Of a stretch of DNA of 64,000 bases, positions 25,792 to 32,922 are shown piece after piece. The stretch's first letter is position 1; each line of letters starts with the position of its first letter. The stretch comes from Candidatus Micrarchaeota archaeon. Its GTDB lineage: Archaea; Micrarchaeota; Micrarchaeia; Micrarchaeales; CABMGC01. The stretch spans positions 317,324 to 381,323 of the forward strand of contig JAJYVH010000001.1 in NCBI GenBank assembly GCA_021792095.1, given 5' to 3'. The notes beneath the pieces were generated by a model, which saw only the letters and a program-made list of their open reading frames with translations, did no database searches and was not told the origin of the DNA. The translations under genes were made by a program, and so were the position numbers.

Positions 25792-25843
25792 GGGTATAAT
25801 GGGCGCCAAGAGTTTAAGAAAGGGCGCCCCGGCTCCGAATGCC

Positions 25844-25851
25844 TTTATTAA
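25844..25851 (+). promoter_or_regulatory. TATA-box-like element (TTTATTAA) for aIF2-beta
   Basis: Its centre lies 26-27 nt upstream of ATG 25874, which implies a leaderless mRNA. Confidence 0.45.
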
Positions 25852-25873
25852 CCTGCTAAGCCAATGCTACAGC

Positions 25874-26293
25874 ATGCCACAGGATTACAACTACGAGCGG
25901 CTGCTGGACAGGGCCTTCGCCTCTGTGCCTGAGCTCGCTAACGAGAACGTGGATTTCAAGATACCCGAGGCGGACTCCATAGTGCAGGGCAACAAGACAA
26001 TACTGAGGAACTTCTCGCAGATAGCAGACGTGGCTAGGCGGGATCCGGCGGACATAGCCAAGTACCTGAGCAAGGAGTTCGCGGCCCCCACGAGCACCGA
26101 CGACCAGAAGCTAACCATAAGCGCAAAGGTGCAGCAGCAGGTCCTGAACGAGCGCATAAGGAAGTATTTCGAGGTTTATGTGATATGCAGGGAGTGCCGC
26201 AAGCCGGACACTCGGATAGAGGAGACGTCAAGGGGCTACGTAACAATTGTCTGCGAGGCGTGCGGTGCCAGGTACACTATAAAGAGGTCATGA
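25874..26293 (+). CDS. eif2b: translation initiation factor aIF2 beta subunit
   Basis: MPQDYNYERLLDRAF... with a C-terminal zinc ribbon (CRECRKPDT...CEACG). Confidence 0.9.
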   Translation: MPQDYNYERLLDRAFASVPELANENVDFKIPEADSIVQGNKTILRNFSQIADVARRDPADIAKYLSKEFAAPTSTDDQKLTISAKVQQQVLNERIRKYFEVYVICRECRKPDTRIEETSRGYVTIVCEACGARYTIKRS

Positions 26294-26294
26294 G

Positions 26295-26630
26295 ATGGCG
26301 TTCAGGAGGAAGAACAATCCGGGAAGGCGCGGCCACGTGCGCGGGGTGAGCGAGCAGTATGCGCTCCGCATGCCGCAGCCTGGAGAGATAGTGGGTGTTG
26401 TTGTGCACGTGCAGGGGGCGTCGCTCTTCAAAATCAGGTGCGCAGACAACTTCGAGCGCGTCTGCGCGATACCAGGGAGGCTCAGGAGGAGGTTCTGGAT
26501 AAAGGAGAAGGACATAGTGCTCGTCAAGCCGTGGGTGGTGCAGAGCAACGAGCGCGGTGACATAGTCTGGCGCTACAGCATAGGGGACAGGGACAGGCTC
26601 ACTGCCAGGGGCATAACAGTGCCGCTGTAG
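26295..26630 (+). CDS. eif1a: translation initiation factor aIF1A
   Basis: 111 aa with an S1-like OB fold: GEIVGVVVHVQGASLFKIRCADNFERVCAIPGRLRRRFWIKEKDIVLVKPW. Confidence 0.9.
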   Translation: MAFRRKNNPGRRGHVRGVSEQYALRMPQPGEIVGVVVHVQGASLFKIRCADNFERVCAIPGRLRRRFWIKEKDIVLVKPWVVQSNERGDIVWRYSIGDRDRLTARGITVPL

Positions 26631-26634
26631 GCAG

Positions 26635-27411
26635 TCATGCAGTGAACTCGCTCAGCTTCCTTGCGGCTTCGAACGCGGTCTCTGCATCGGCGCCGAGCGC
26701 GTATCTTTTGTTGAAGAAAGAGGTTATGTTACCTATGTCCCTGCGCAGCAGGTCCGTGGCGTTCGGGTGCTCCACGCTCACTGCCTGGCCGAAGTCGATC
26801 AGGTACGGGACATCGCCCTTCATCAGGACGTTGTATTCGCTAAGGTCGGCGTGCACTAGCCCGGTTTCCAGCAGCCTTCCCACGTCCTCCATTATCGCTC
26901 GCAAGGTCGATGCCGGGTTGCCCAATTCGGTTTCGCGCAGCCTCGCGGAAGGCTTGCCGCCGGTGCCAACGAACTCCATGGCGAGCACGTTGCCGCTGAA
27001 CGCATAGGGTTTTGGCGCGTGCACACCTCCGGCGTTCGCGAGCTGCAGGTTCGCGTACTCCTTCTTGCACCACTCTCCCACTATGCCTGTCAGGGTCTCC
27101 CTGACCTTGCCGAAACGGGGATCGCCGTGTATGTAGGCCACGCGCCTGCGGAAGTTGGACGTCTCGATCCTGAATATTTTCAGCGCGACCACATCCGAGT
27201 CGACCCTGTCGCCCGGCATCGCTGCGTATATGTCTGCCTCCTTCCCCCTGGCTATTATGAATTCCATGCTGGATATTATGCCCGCGTTGAAGAGCTTGCC
27301 AAGCCTCAGCATAGTGCGAGGCTCGAATACGCCCTCCTCTATCTTGAGCTTCTCCTTCAGCCTGTAGTCCTCCCTGCTCGGCTGCTTCTCCCTGCTCCTG
27401 CGTCTTGCCAT
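26635..27411 (-). CDS. rio1: RIO-type serine/threonine protein kinase (Rio1-like)
   Basis: GKEADIY, VALKIFR, LVHADLSEYNVL and IDFGQAV. No N-terminal wHTH domain. Confidence 0.85.
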   Translation of the reverse strand: MARRRSREKQPSREDYRLKEKLKIEEGVFEPRTMLRLGKLFNAGIISSMEFIIARGKEADIYAAMPGDRVDSDVVALKIFRIETSNFRRRVAYIHGDPRFGKVRETLTGIVGEWCKKEYANLQLANAGGVHAPKPYAFSGNVLAMEFVGTGGKPSARLRETELGNPASTLRAIMEDVGRLLETGLVHADLSEYNVLMKGDVPYLIDFGQAVSVEHPNATDLLRRDIGNITSFFNKRYALGADAETAFEAARKLSEFTA

Positions 27412-27535
27412 GCAGTATTTTATTCATGGCAGCTATATCAATATTCTGCAAGTGCCCGCTTGCCGCTTGCGTTCCGCAGGGCAACGGGTCGTGAGCTGGG
27501 AAGTGGGGCAGATGGCAATCCCTTGGGCGCTGTAG

Positions 27536-28183
27536 GTGGACGAAATCAAGATAATAGCAGACAACAGGGAACGCAACCTCGACATACTGGAGGGCCTTTC
27601 GGGCTCGGGCATACTGCTGAGCTTCGCCCAGCTGCCAGTGGGCGACTACGTGCTTTCCGAACGGATGTGTGTGGAGCGCAAGACGGTACGCGATTTCGAG
27701 AGCTCAATAATCAGCGCCAGGCTCTTCGACCAGCTGGAGCGGCTCGGCGGAGCGTACGGTAAGCCCATACTCCTGCTCGAGGGAGACGACTCAGAGTTCA
27801 CGATGGGCCGGAACGTTATACTCGGCGCCATAATAAGCGTATACAGCGACTACAACGTGCAGGTGATAAGGTCCAAGGATTCCAAGGAGACAGTGAGCGT
27901 CCTGGCCAGGCTTGCGGAGAGGGAGCAGGGGGAGAAGCGTGTCCCGCGCATGCTGGGCTCGAAGAGGGCGTTCACGAACTCGCAGTGGCAGGTGCTCATC
28001 CTAAGCTCCATACCCGGCATAGGCCCGAAGCTTGCGAAATCGCTGATAAGCCGCTTCAAGACTATAAAGAACGTGGTGTCCGCGGAGCCGGACGAGCTTA
28101 TGAAAGTCGACAAGATAGGCGAGAAGAAGGCTGAGAAGATATACGAAATATTAAACGCTGAGTTCAGCGAAAGCGATGGTTGA
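27536..28183 (+). CDS. short XPF/ERCC4-type structure-specific endonuclease (nuclease domain + HhH2)
   Basis: GTG start. IIADNRE...GDYVL...VERKT ERCC4 motif, and a C-terminal IPGIGPKLAKSLI helix-hairpin-helix. Confidence 0.85.
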   Translation: MDEIKIIADNRERNLDILEGLSGSGILLSFAQLPVGDYVLSERMCVERKTVRDFESSIISARLFDQLERLGGAYGKPILLLEGDDSEFTMGRNVILGAIISVYSDYNVQVIRSKDSKETVSVLARLAEREQGEKRVPRMLGSKRAFTNSQWQVLILSSIPGIGPKLAKSLISRFKTIKNVVSAEPDELMKVDKIGEKKAEKIYEILNAEFSESDG

Positions 28184-28672
28184 TGTGCAATACCTCGACG
28201 GGAATGGGGAGAGAGAGGCGATGCGTCGTTTCCAGGAGGCCGCGGGGGCCGCCTCCAACGCCACCTGCGAAAGGCACAGGTACGGGAGTGTAATAGTCAG
28301 CGGGGTGAAGTGATAGGCAGCGGGTTCAATTCCCCTCCTGCGAACAGGGAGGACCAGAGGCGGTGCTCGGTTCCGAAGGAGACATACAACAAAAAAGTCA
28401 CAGACAAGACGTGTTGCATGCACGCCGAACAGAGGGCCATAATGGACGCTCTCAGGAACAATCCTGCGAAGCTGCCCGGCTCCATGATGTATGTCGCAAG
28501 GCTGGACGGCGAAGGCCACCAGGAAAGGCTGCTGGGCAAGCCGTACTGCACCTTATGCAGCAAGATGGCGCTGGATGCCGGCATAGGTGAGTTCGCGCTC
28601 CTGTGCGAGGATGGCGTCAGGGTGTACGACACCGCCGAGTACAACAAGCTCTCTTTCCAGTACAGTGGGTAA
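28176..28672 (+). pseudogene. CMP/dCMP-type cytidine/deoxycytidylate deaminase interrupted by a frameshift in a G4 run
   Basis: Frame 1 (28176-28313) reads MVDV...ATCERHRYGSVIVSGVK*. Frame 2 (from 28304) reads GEVIGSGFNS...CMHAEQRA...PYCTLCSKM (HAE and PCxxC zinc motifs). Adding one G at 28302-28305 fuses them. Confidence 0.75.
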
Positions 28673-28686
28673 TTGCAGCCAGCAAG

Positions 28687-29133
28687 TTATCGTGCGTCCA
28701 GTTCTGTGGCAGCCACGCTGCCCGCCTCCCCGAAGTCGAGCTTCAGCTCGATCCTTTTCTTTACGCTTAGCCCCGCTTCCTTGGAGAACGCGGCGAACAG
28801 CTTCCTGCTCGACGCGAACACCACAAACCCCTTCTCGCTCTTGGCACCGCACGACGCCAGTGCGGCGCCTATGTTCATCGTGCCGCACACGAACAGCAGC
28901 ATCTCCATCTGCAGGCTCCTGCTCCTTGACACCTTTCCCCTGACCCTTACGGTGGCGTTGGCGAAAGCGGGCAGCAGCCGTTTCTCTATCCCGGGCTTCG
29001 GCGCAAGAAGGAGCACCACATCGCCGTGCGCGGGCAGCTCCTTGCTGAGTTCGACGAGCCTCCCGATGTCGAACCCGCTGGAGCAGAGCGCGGCTACAGG
29101 CTGGCCCACTAATCCTATCGTGTCCCTGCGCAT
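28687..29133 (-). CDS. hypothetical protein, possibly KEOPS subunit Cgi121-like
   Basis: 148 aa. The segment SLQMEMLLFVCGTMNIGAALASCGAKSEKGFVVFA resembles my recollection of archaeal Cgi121. This is a weak, memory-based call. Confidence 0.35.
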   Translation of the reverse strand: MRRDTIGLVGQPVAALCSSGFDIGRLVELSKELPAHGDVVLLLAPKPGIEKRLLPAFANATVRVRGKVSRSRSLQMEMLLFVCGTMNIGAALASCGAKSEKGFVVFASSRKLFAAFSKEAGLSVKKRIELKLDFGEAGSVAATELDAR

Positions 29134-29197
29134 GCAGTAGTCATCGACGGATAAAGCTTTATAAGCAGCAAGCAGCCTAATAGTGAGCTGTGATGCT

Positions 29198-29596
29198 ATG
29201 AGTCAATTCGGTGCGCAGCTGCACGGCAAGCCCGACAGGGCCGCTAGCGGCAGCGGCAAGCTAAAGAACAAGTTCAGGGACAAGCGCAGGAGCGAGATGG
29301 GAGGCTATTTCGCCGAGGCCAAGGCAGGGCCCGAGCAGCAGGTCAACGCCACCAGGGCCAGGGGCGGCAACGTCAAGAACGTGCTCAAGCACGCCGCTTT
29401 CGCCAATGTGCTGACGAAGCAGGGCTACAGGAAGGCGAAGATAACCAGGGTGGAGGAGTCCAGGGACAACAGGAACTTCGCGAGGCTGGGCATAATGACC
29501 AAGGGTACAGTCATAAGCACAGAGCTGGGCAAGGCGCGAGTGGTGAACAGGCCGGGGCAGGAAGGCTGCATAAACGCTGTGCTGATAGAGGCCTGA
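29198..29596 (+). CDS. rps8e: 30S ribosomal protein eS8
   Basis: MSQFGAQLHGKP...RARGGNVKN...NRPGQEGCINAVL. ATG 29198 lies within ORF 29183-29596. Confidence 0.9.
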   Translation: MSQFGAQLHGKPDRAASGSGKLKNKFRDKRRSEMGGYFAEAKAGPEQQVNATRARGGNVKNVLKHAAFANVLTKQGYRKAKITRVEESRDNRNFARLGIMTKGTVISTELGKARVVNRPGQEGCINAVLIEA

Positions 29597-29600
29597 GCGC

Positions 29601-30065
29601 ATGCCTGCCAGGGTGTACGTGCTGGACGCCGCTGAGGCTCCGGCGCTGAAGAAGATGCTCGAGTACGACCCCTACCTTGACCAGAACGCGATACCCAAGA
29701 TGCCCAAGGAATGGGGTGACGCGAAGTACAGGGGCGCGCACCCCGAGCTCGCGCAGCAGATAGAGGCCAAGGAGAAGGAGATAGCGCAGGCGCTGGGCAG
29801 GCTCAAGAACGACAGGGAGATGAACATAATCTTCGCCAGGCAGGATTACCAACTCAAGGACGGCATAAGCCTCGGCCTGGACAGGGAGAAGAGCTACCTC
29901 TACCTCTCCGCCAACGACCAATTCCTCGACGGGGCTGACGCGAAGCTGAGGAAGAACTTCAAGAGCATACAGCGGGCCGACGCGGCCACGGAGCAGAAAA
30001 TTATAGGCATGATAGACGAGGAGAAGAGCCGCGCGGACGCCGGGATGGGCCTGATATTCGGATAG
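29601..30065 (+). CDS. hypothetical protein with a ribosomal-stalk-like C-terminal tail
   Basis: 154-aa ORF ending ...EEKSRADAGMGLIFG. No family recognised for the body of the protein. Confidence 0.5.
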   Translation: MPARVYVLDAAEAPALKKMLEYDPYLDQNAIPKMPKEWGDAKYRGAHPELAQQIEAKEKEIAQALGRLKNDREMNIIFARQDYQLKDGISLGLDREKSYLYLSANDQFLDGADAKLRKNFKSIQRADAATEQKIIGMIDEEKSRADAGMGLIFG

Positions 30066-30066
30066 C

Positions 30067-30957
30067 ATGCATTTCCTGAGCGCTGCCGATTTCTCGAAGC
30101 AGCAGTACGAGGGCGTTTTCGGCATAGCAGACACGATAAACTCGGGCACGCACCTGTCGCTCGGCAGGCTCAGCACCCTTGCGATACTCTTCGAGGGTTC
30201 CAACCCTCGCGAACGCATATCCTTGGAGAACGCCGCCGCGCTGCTCGGCAGCAAGAGTGTGTACGTGGATGCATGCGGCTCCGGCGGCGATCCGGCAGCG
30301 GCGCTCGCGAGAGCGGAGAAGCAGTTCGGAGTTAGCGCAGACGTCGTGGCTGCGGTTACGCTGCGCCACTCCGACCTTGTAGATTTCGCGCGCTCGTCCA
30401 AGGTACCTGTCATAAACGTGCTCACCGATTTGGAGAGGCCGGTGCAGGCGCTGAACGACGCCTACACGATAGCTGGCTTCAAGGGAGGCCTGGGCCGGCT
30501 CAGGATCGCCTGCATAGGCAACGGGGCCAAGAATTCGGTAAGCTCTTTCATGCTTGCAGCGACGAGATTGGGTGCTGACATTGTGCTTGTGGGACCCGGC
30601 TCCGAGGTTCCGGGAAGCAAATACCTAAAGGCAGCCAGGAGGTACGGCTCGGTGGAGATATGCGATGACATGGCCGAAGGTCTCGCGGAGGCGGATGTCG
30701 TGTATGTGGCCGCCCAGGGTCCCGGAGGGGCACGCCAGGGCAAGCAGCCCAACGAATTTTCGCGCTACCAGATTAACGGCAAGACGCTACGCTACGCAGG
30801 CAAGGACGCCATAATCGTGCACCCTATGCCGGCCTTCAGGGGCGTGGAGATAACGGCCGATGTTATCGACGGCCCCAGGAGCGTGGTCTGGATGGAGACC
30901 AAGAACAAGGTGCGGGTGGAGCAGGCGCTGATAAAGTACGTTGTGGACGGCGCCTAG
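30067..30957 (+). CDS. aspartate/ornithine carbamoyltransferase-fold protein with degenerate carbamoyl-phosphate motifs
   Basis: 296 aa, colinear with ATCase/OTCase. It has SNPRER in place of STRTR, ERPVQ in place of HPxQ, and VHPMPAFRG (ATCase-like HPLPR). Confidence 0.65.
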   Translation: MHFLSAADFSKQQYEGVFGIADTINSGTHLSLGRLSTLAILFEGSNPRERISLENAAALLGSKSVYVDACGSGGDPAAALARAEKQFGVSADVVAAVTLRHSDLVDFARSSKVPVINVLTDLERPVQALNDAYTIAGFKGGLGRLRIACIGNGAKNSVSSFMLAATRLGADIVLVGPGSEVPGSKYLKAARRYGSVEICDDMAEGLAEADVVYVAAQGPGGARQGKQPNEFSRYQINGKTLRYAGKDAIIVHPMPAFRGVEITADVIDGPRSVVWMETKNKVRVEQALIKYVVDGA

Positions 30958-30960
30958 TGA

Positions 30961-31332
30961 TCACGTTCGCGAGACGTACGCTGTGCCGTTCATTTCCTCT
31001 ATGTTTATGCCGGCAGTGACTCCGTCCGGGCAGAAGGCGTTGCCCGCAAGCGCGACGGGGGCCACAAGCGCGAATGCGCCGTAGGCAGTCTCAAGCTGCC
31101 CGTGCTGCGCCCCGGTGGGGCAGAGCCCAGTGGGCAGATACATGCTGCCGTTCCCGTAGGCCCCCGAAACAAGCCTCCCGTTCAGCTGCTCCACGAACTG
31201 CGATATCCCGTACGCCCTTATGGCGTAGCCAGCCTTTGCAAGCGGCGCGCTCGCTGCGTGCAGCACGATGGCCAGCGAGACGCAGGCGAGCGCAAGGTAC
31301 ACGAGCAGCTCCAGCGAGAGCTGTGCCCTCAT
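30961..31332 (-). CDS. archaeal type IV pilin-like protein
   Basis: MRAQ|LSLELLVYLALACVSLAIVL class III signal peptide. Last gene of the pilus operon. Confidence 0.65.
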   Translation of the reverse strand: MRAQLSLELLVYLALACVSLAIVLHAASAPLAKAGYAIRAYGISQFVEQLNGRLVSGAYGNGSMYLPTGLCPTGAQHGQLETAYGAFALVAPVALAGNAFCPDGVTAGINIEEMNGTAYVSRT

Positions 31333-31599
31333 CTATACGCCGTTGGCTGTGAGCGAACCCAGTTCGCTGCCTATGGCGTTGGCTATCCCAGTGCTTGTGC
31401 CGTTTATGCTCACATTGCTCACTACTGCACCCTTCAGTTTCACCACCATGGCCAGCGCGAGCACTATCACGATGCTGGCGGCGGCCACCATCATTATGTA
31501 CTCCAGCGAGCCCTGCGCCTTTTTGCTCCTCGCGAGCGCGAGGAACGCTGCCGCGTGCGCAGGCAGCAGCCTGTCGGTTATTTTTCCTATTCTTTGCAT
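31333..31599 (-). CDS. small type IV pilin-like protein with a long leader
   Basis: Its ATG is preceded by GGTGA. ...SKKAQG|SLEYIMMVAAASIVIVLALAMV follows a 29-aa leader. This is an internal start within ORF 31333-31749. Confidence 0.6.
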   Translation of the reverse strand: MQRIGKITDRLLPAHAAAFLALARSKKAQGSLEYIMMVAAASIVIVLALAMVVKLKGAVVSNVSINGTSTGIANAIGSELGSLTANGV

Positions 31600-31607
31600 T
31601 TTTTCAC

Positions 31608-32171
31608 CTAAAGCGTGTTGGCGATGAGCGCCCATGAGGATAGCGCAGTGATTACGGATGCGGCGAAATAAGGTATGGACCGGAGCGCGTTGGACGCCGT
31701 GCTGCGCTCCGGGTGCGCGAACGATGCCGAGATCAGCAGTATGATGCACGAGTATGCGAGCGCCATGGCGACCATCCTGAAAGATGCCACCTGCGCCTGC
31801 CCCGGCATCGCCCCGAAGGTGCTCGAGACTATGCTGGCGCTTATGCTCGCGAAGAGCGGGAAGAAGAAGGACATGCCTATGTATGTTAGGGTCTGCATGC
31901 TGCCCATCCTGGCCCTTATGCTGTCCGCTATCTCGTGCTCGTTCTCGAGCCTCGCCAGCAGCATCCTGAGCGAGTGCTTCGCGCTCGCGCCGCTCTCTAC
32001 GGCGAAGCCGACTATGCCGAGCATATCTCCATCCCCGCAGCCTTCGCGCGCTCCGCCCATCCGCAGCCTCTTCGCCGCGCGCTCGTAGACCTTGCTTCCC
32101 TTGGCCGCACCCGCAAGCGATTTCATAAGCAGGCCGCTCTCCTCGTAGGCAGCGAGCAGCCGGCCTGCCAT
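31608..32171 (-). CDS. TadC/FlaJ/PilC-like (T2SS-F-type) pilus platform membrane protein, half-size
   Basis: A helical cytoplasmic part followed by TM helices. Positioned downstream of the secretion ATPase. Start at internal ATG 32169-32171. Confidence 0.55.
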   Translation of the reverse strand: MAGRLLAAYEESGLLMKSLAGAAKGSKVYERAAKRLRMGGAREGCGDGDMLGIVGFAVESGASAKHSLRMLLARLENEHEIADSIRARMGSMQTLTYIGMSFFFPLFASISASIVSSTFGAMPGQAQVASFRMVAMALAYSCIILLISASFAHPERSTASNALRSIPYFAASVITALSSWALIANTL

Positions 32172-32220
32172 TAGCAGCTCCCGCGGGCCCTGCGCGGCGT
32201 CGGCCTTTGGCAGTAAAAAA

Positions 32221-32922
32221 CTAGCCAAGCAATCTCCTCCACATGAGACCGGTGCCGAGCGAGTATGCAATGGGCACCACGGAAAGCAGGCCTACCGAAA
32301 GGAGGAGCAGCCCGCTCGCGGATTGCGCCAGCACGTAGTCCCCTATGAATGCGAATATCATGAAGCTCGGGAGTATGGTGGACACGAACATGCCGAGCGT
32401 TGCGTACCGCTGCGCAGCTTCGTCTATCCTGCTCCTGCGCGATTTCTCGGCTAGCATGTAAGCCGCGACCCTGGATTCAGCGTCCCGCTTCGTGGAGCAG
32501 CCGCCCAGGACCCCGGCCTCCTGCTCGCTGCCGAAGCCCGAGTACATGAAGCGCATCCTCAGTTCCTTCGCGATCCTGCCCCTCAGTTCCCTGCTGGCTA
32601 CGCTTCCCAGCGCCCTGCGCATGGCCAGCGCGAACGAGCCCGACTTGCTCTTGCCGTACACGGAGCGGTAGAGGTAGTCGACGAGCTGCGTCCTGGATGC
32701 CCTTTCAGCGTGGAGCTCCGCGTTCCTGGAGAGCACCGCGCCTATCGCCAGCATCTCCGTCGCCGAGAGCGCGAAGAAGGCTGCAGCCAATTCGGCGTTC
32801 CATGCGCCGTTCACGAAGCAGAGCAGTGCCGTGAGCGCTCCGGCCGCGGCAAGCAAGACCAGCTTTCCTGCCGCCTTCCCGGCAGCCCCTGCATGCCTAG
32901 GATCAGGCGCAGCCATGCTCAT
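32221..32922 (-). CDS. TadC/FlaJ/PilC-like pilus platform membrane protein, half-size
   Basis: Only the C-terminal 233 codons of ORF 32221-33684 are credible. The ATG at 32920-32922 overlaps the ATPase stop (ATGA). TM helices are present at both ends. Confidence 0.55.
   Translation of the reverse strand: MSMAAPDPRHAGAAGKAAGKLVLLAAAGALTALLCFVNGAWNAELAAAFFALSATEMLAIGAVLSRNAELHAERASRTQLVDYLYRSVYGKSKSGSFALAMRRALGSVASRELRGRIAKELRMRFMYSGFGSEQEAGVLGGCSTKRDAESRVAAYMLAEKSRRSRIDEAAQRYATLGMFVSTILPSFMIFAFIGDYVLAQSASGLLLLSVGLLSVVPIAYSLGTGLMWRRLLG

Noticed and set aside
25558-25873. ORFs 25501-25809 (-), 25558-25743 (+), 25382-25672 (+), and the N-terminal extension of the aIF2-beta ORF from 25709
   Set aside because: The region is better explained by the SRP-RNA-like structure. 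aIF2-beta aligns from MPQDYNY (25874), which has a correctly spaced TATA box.
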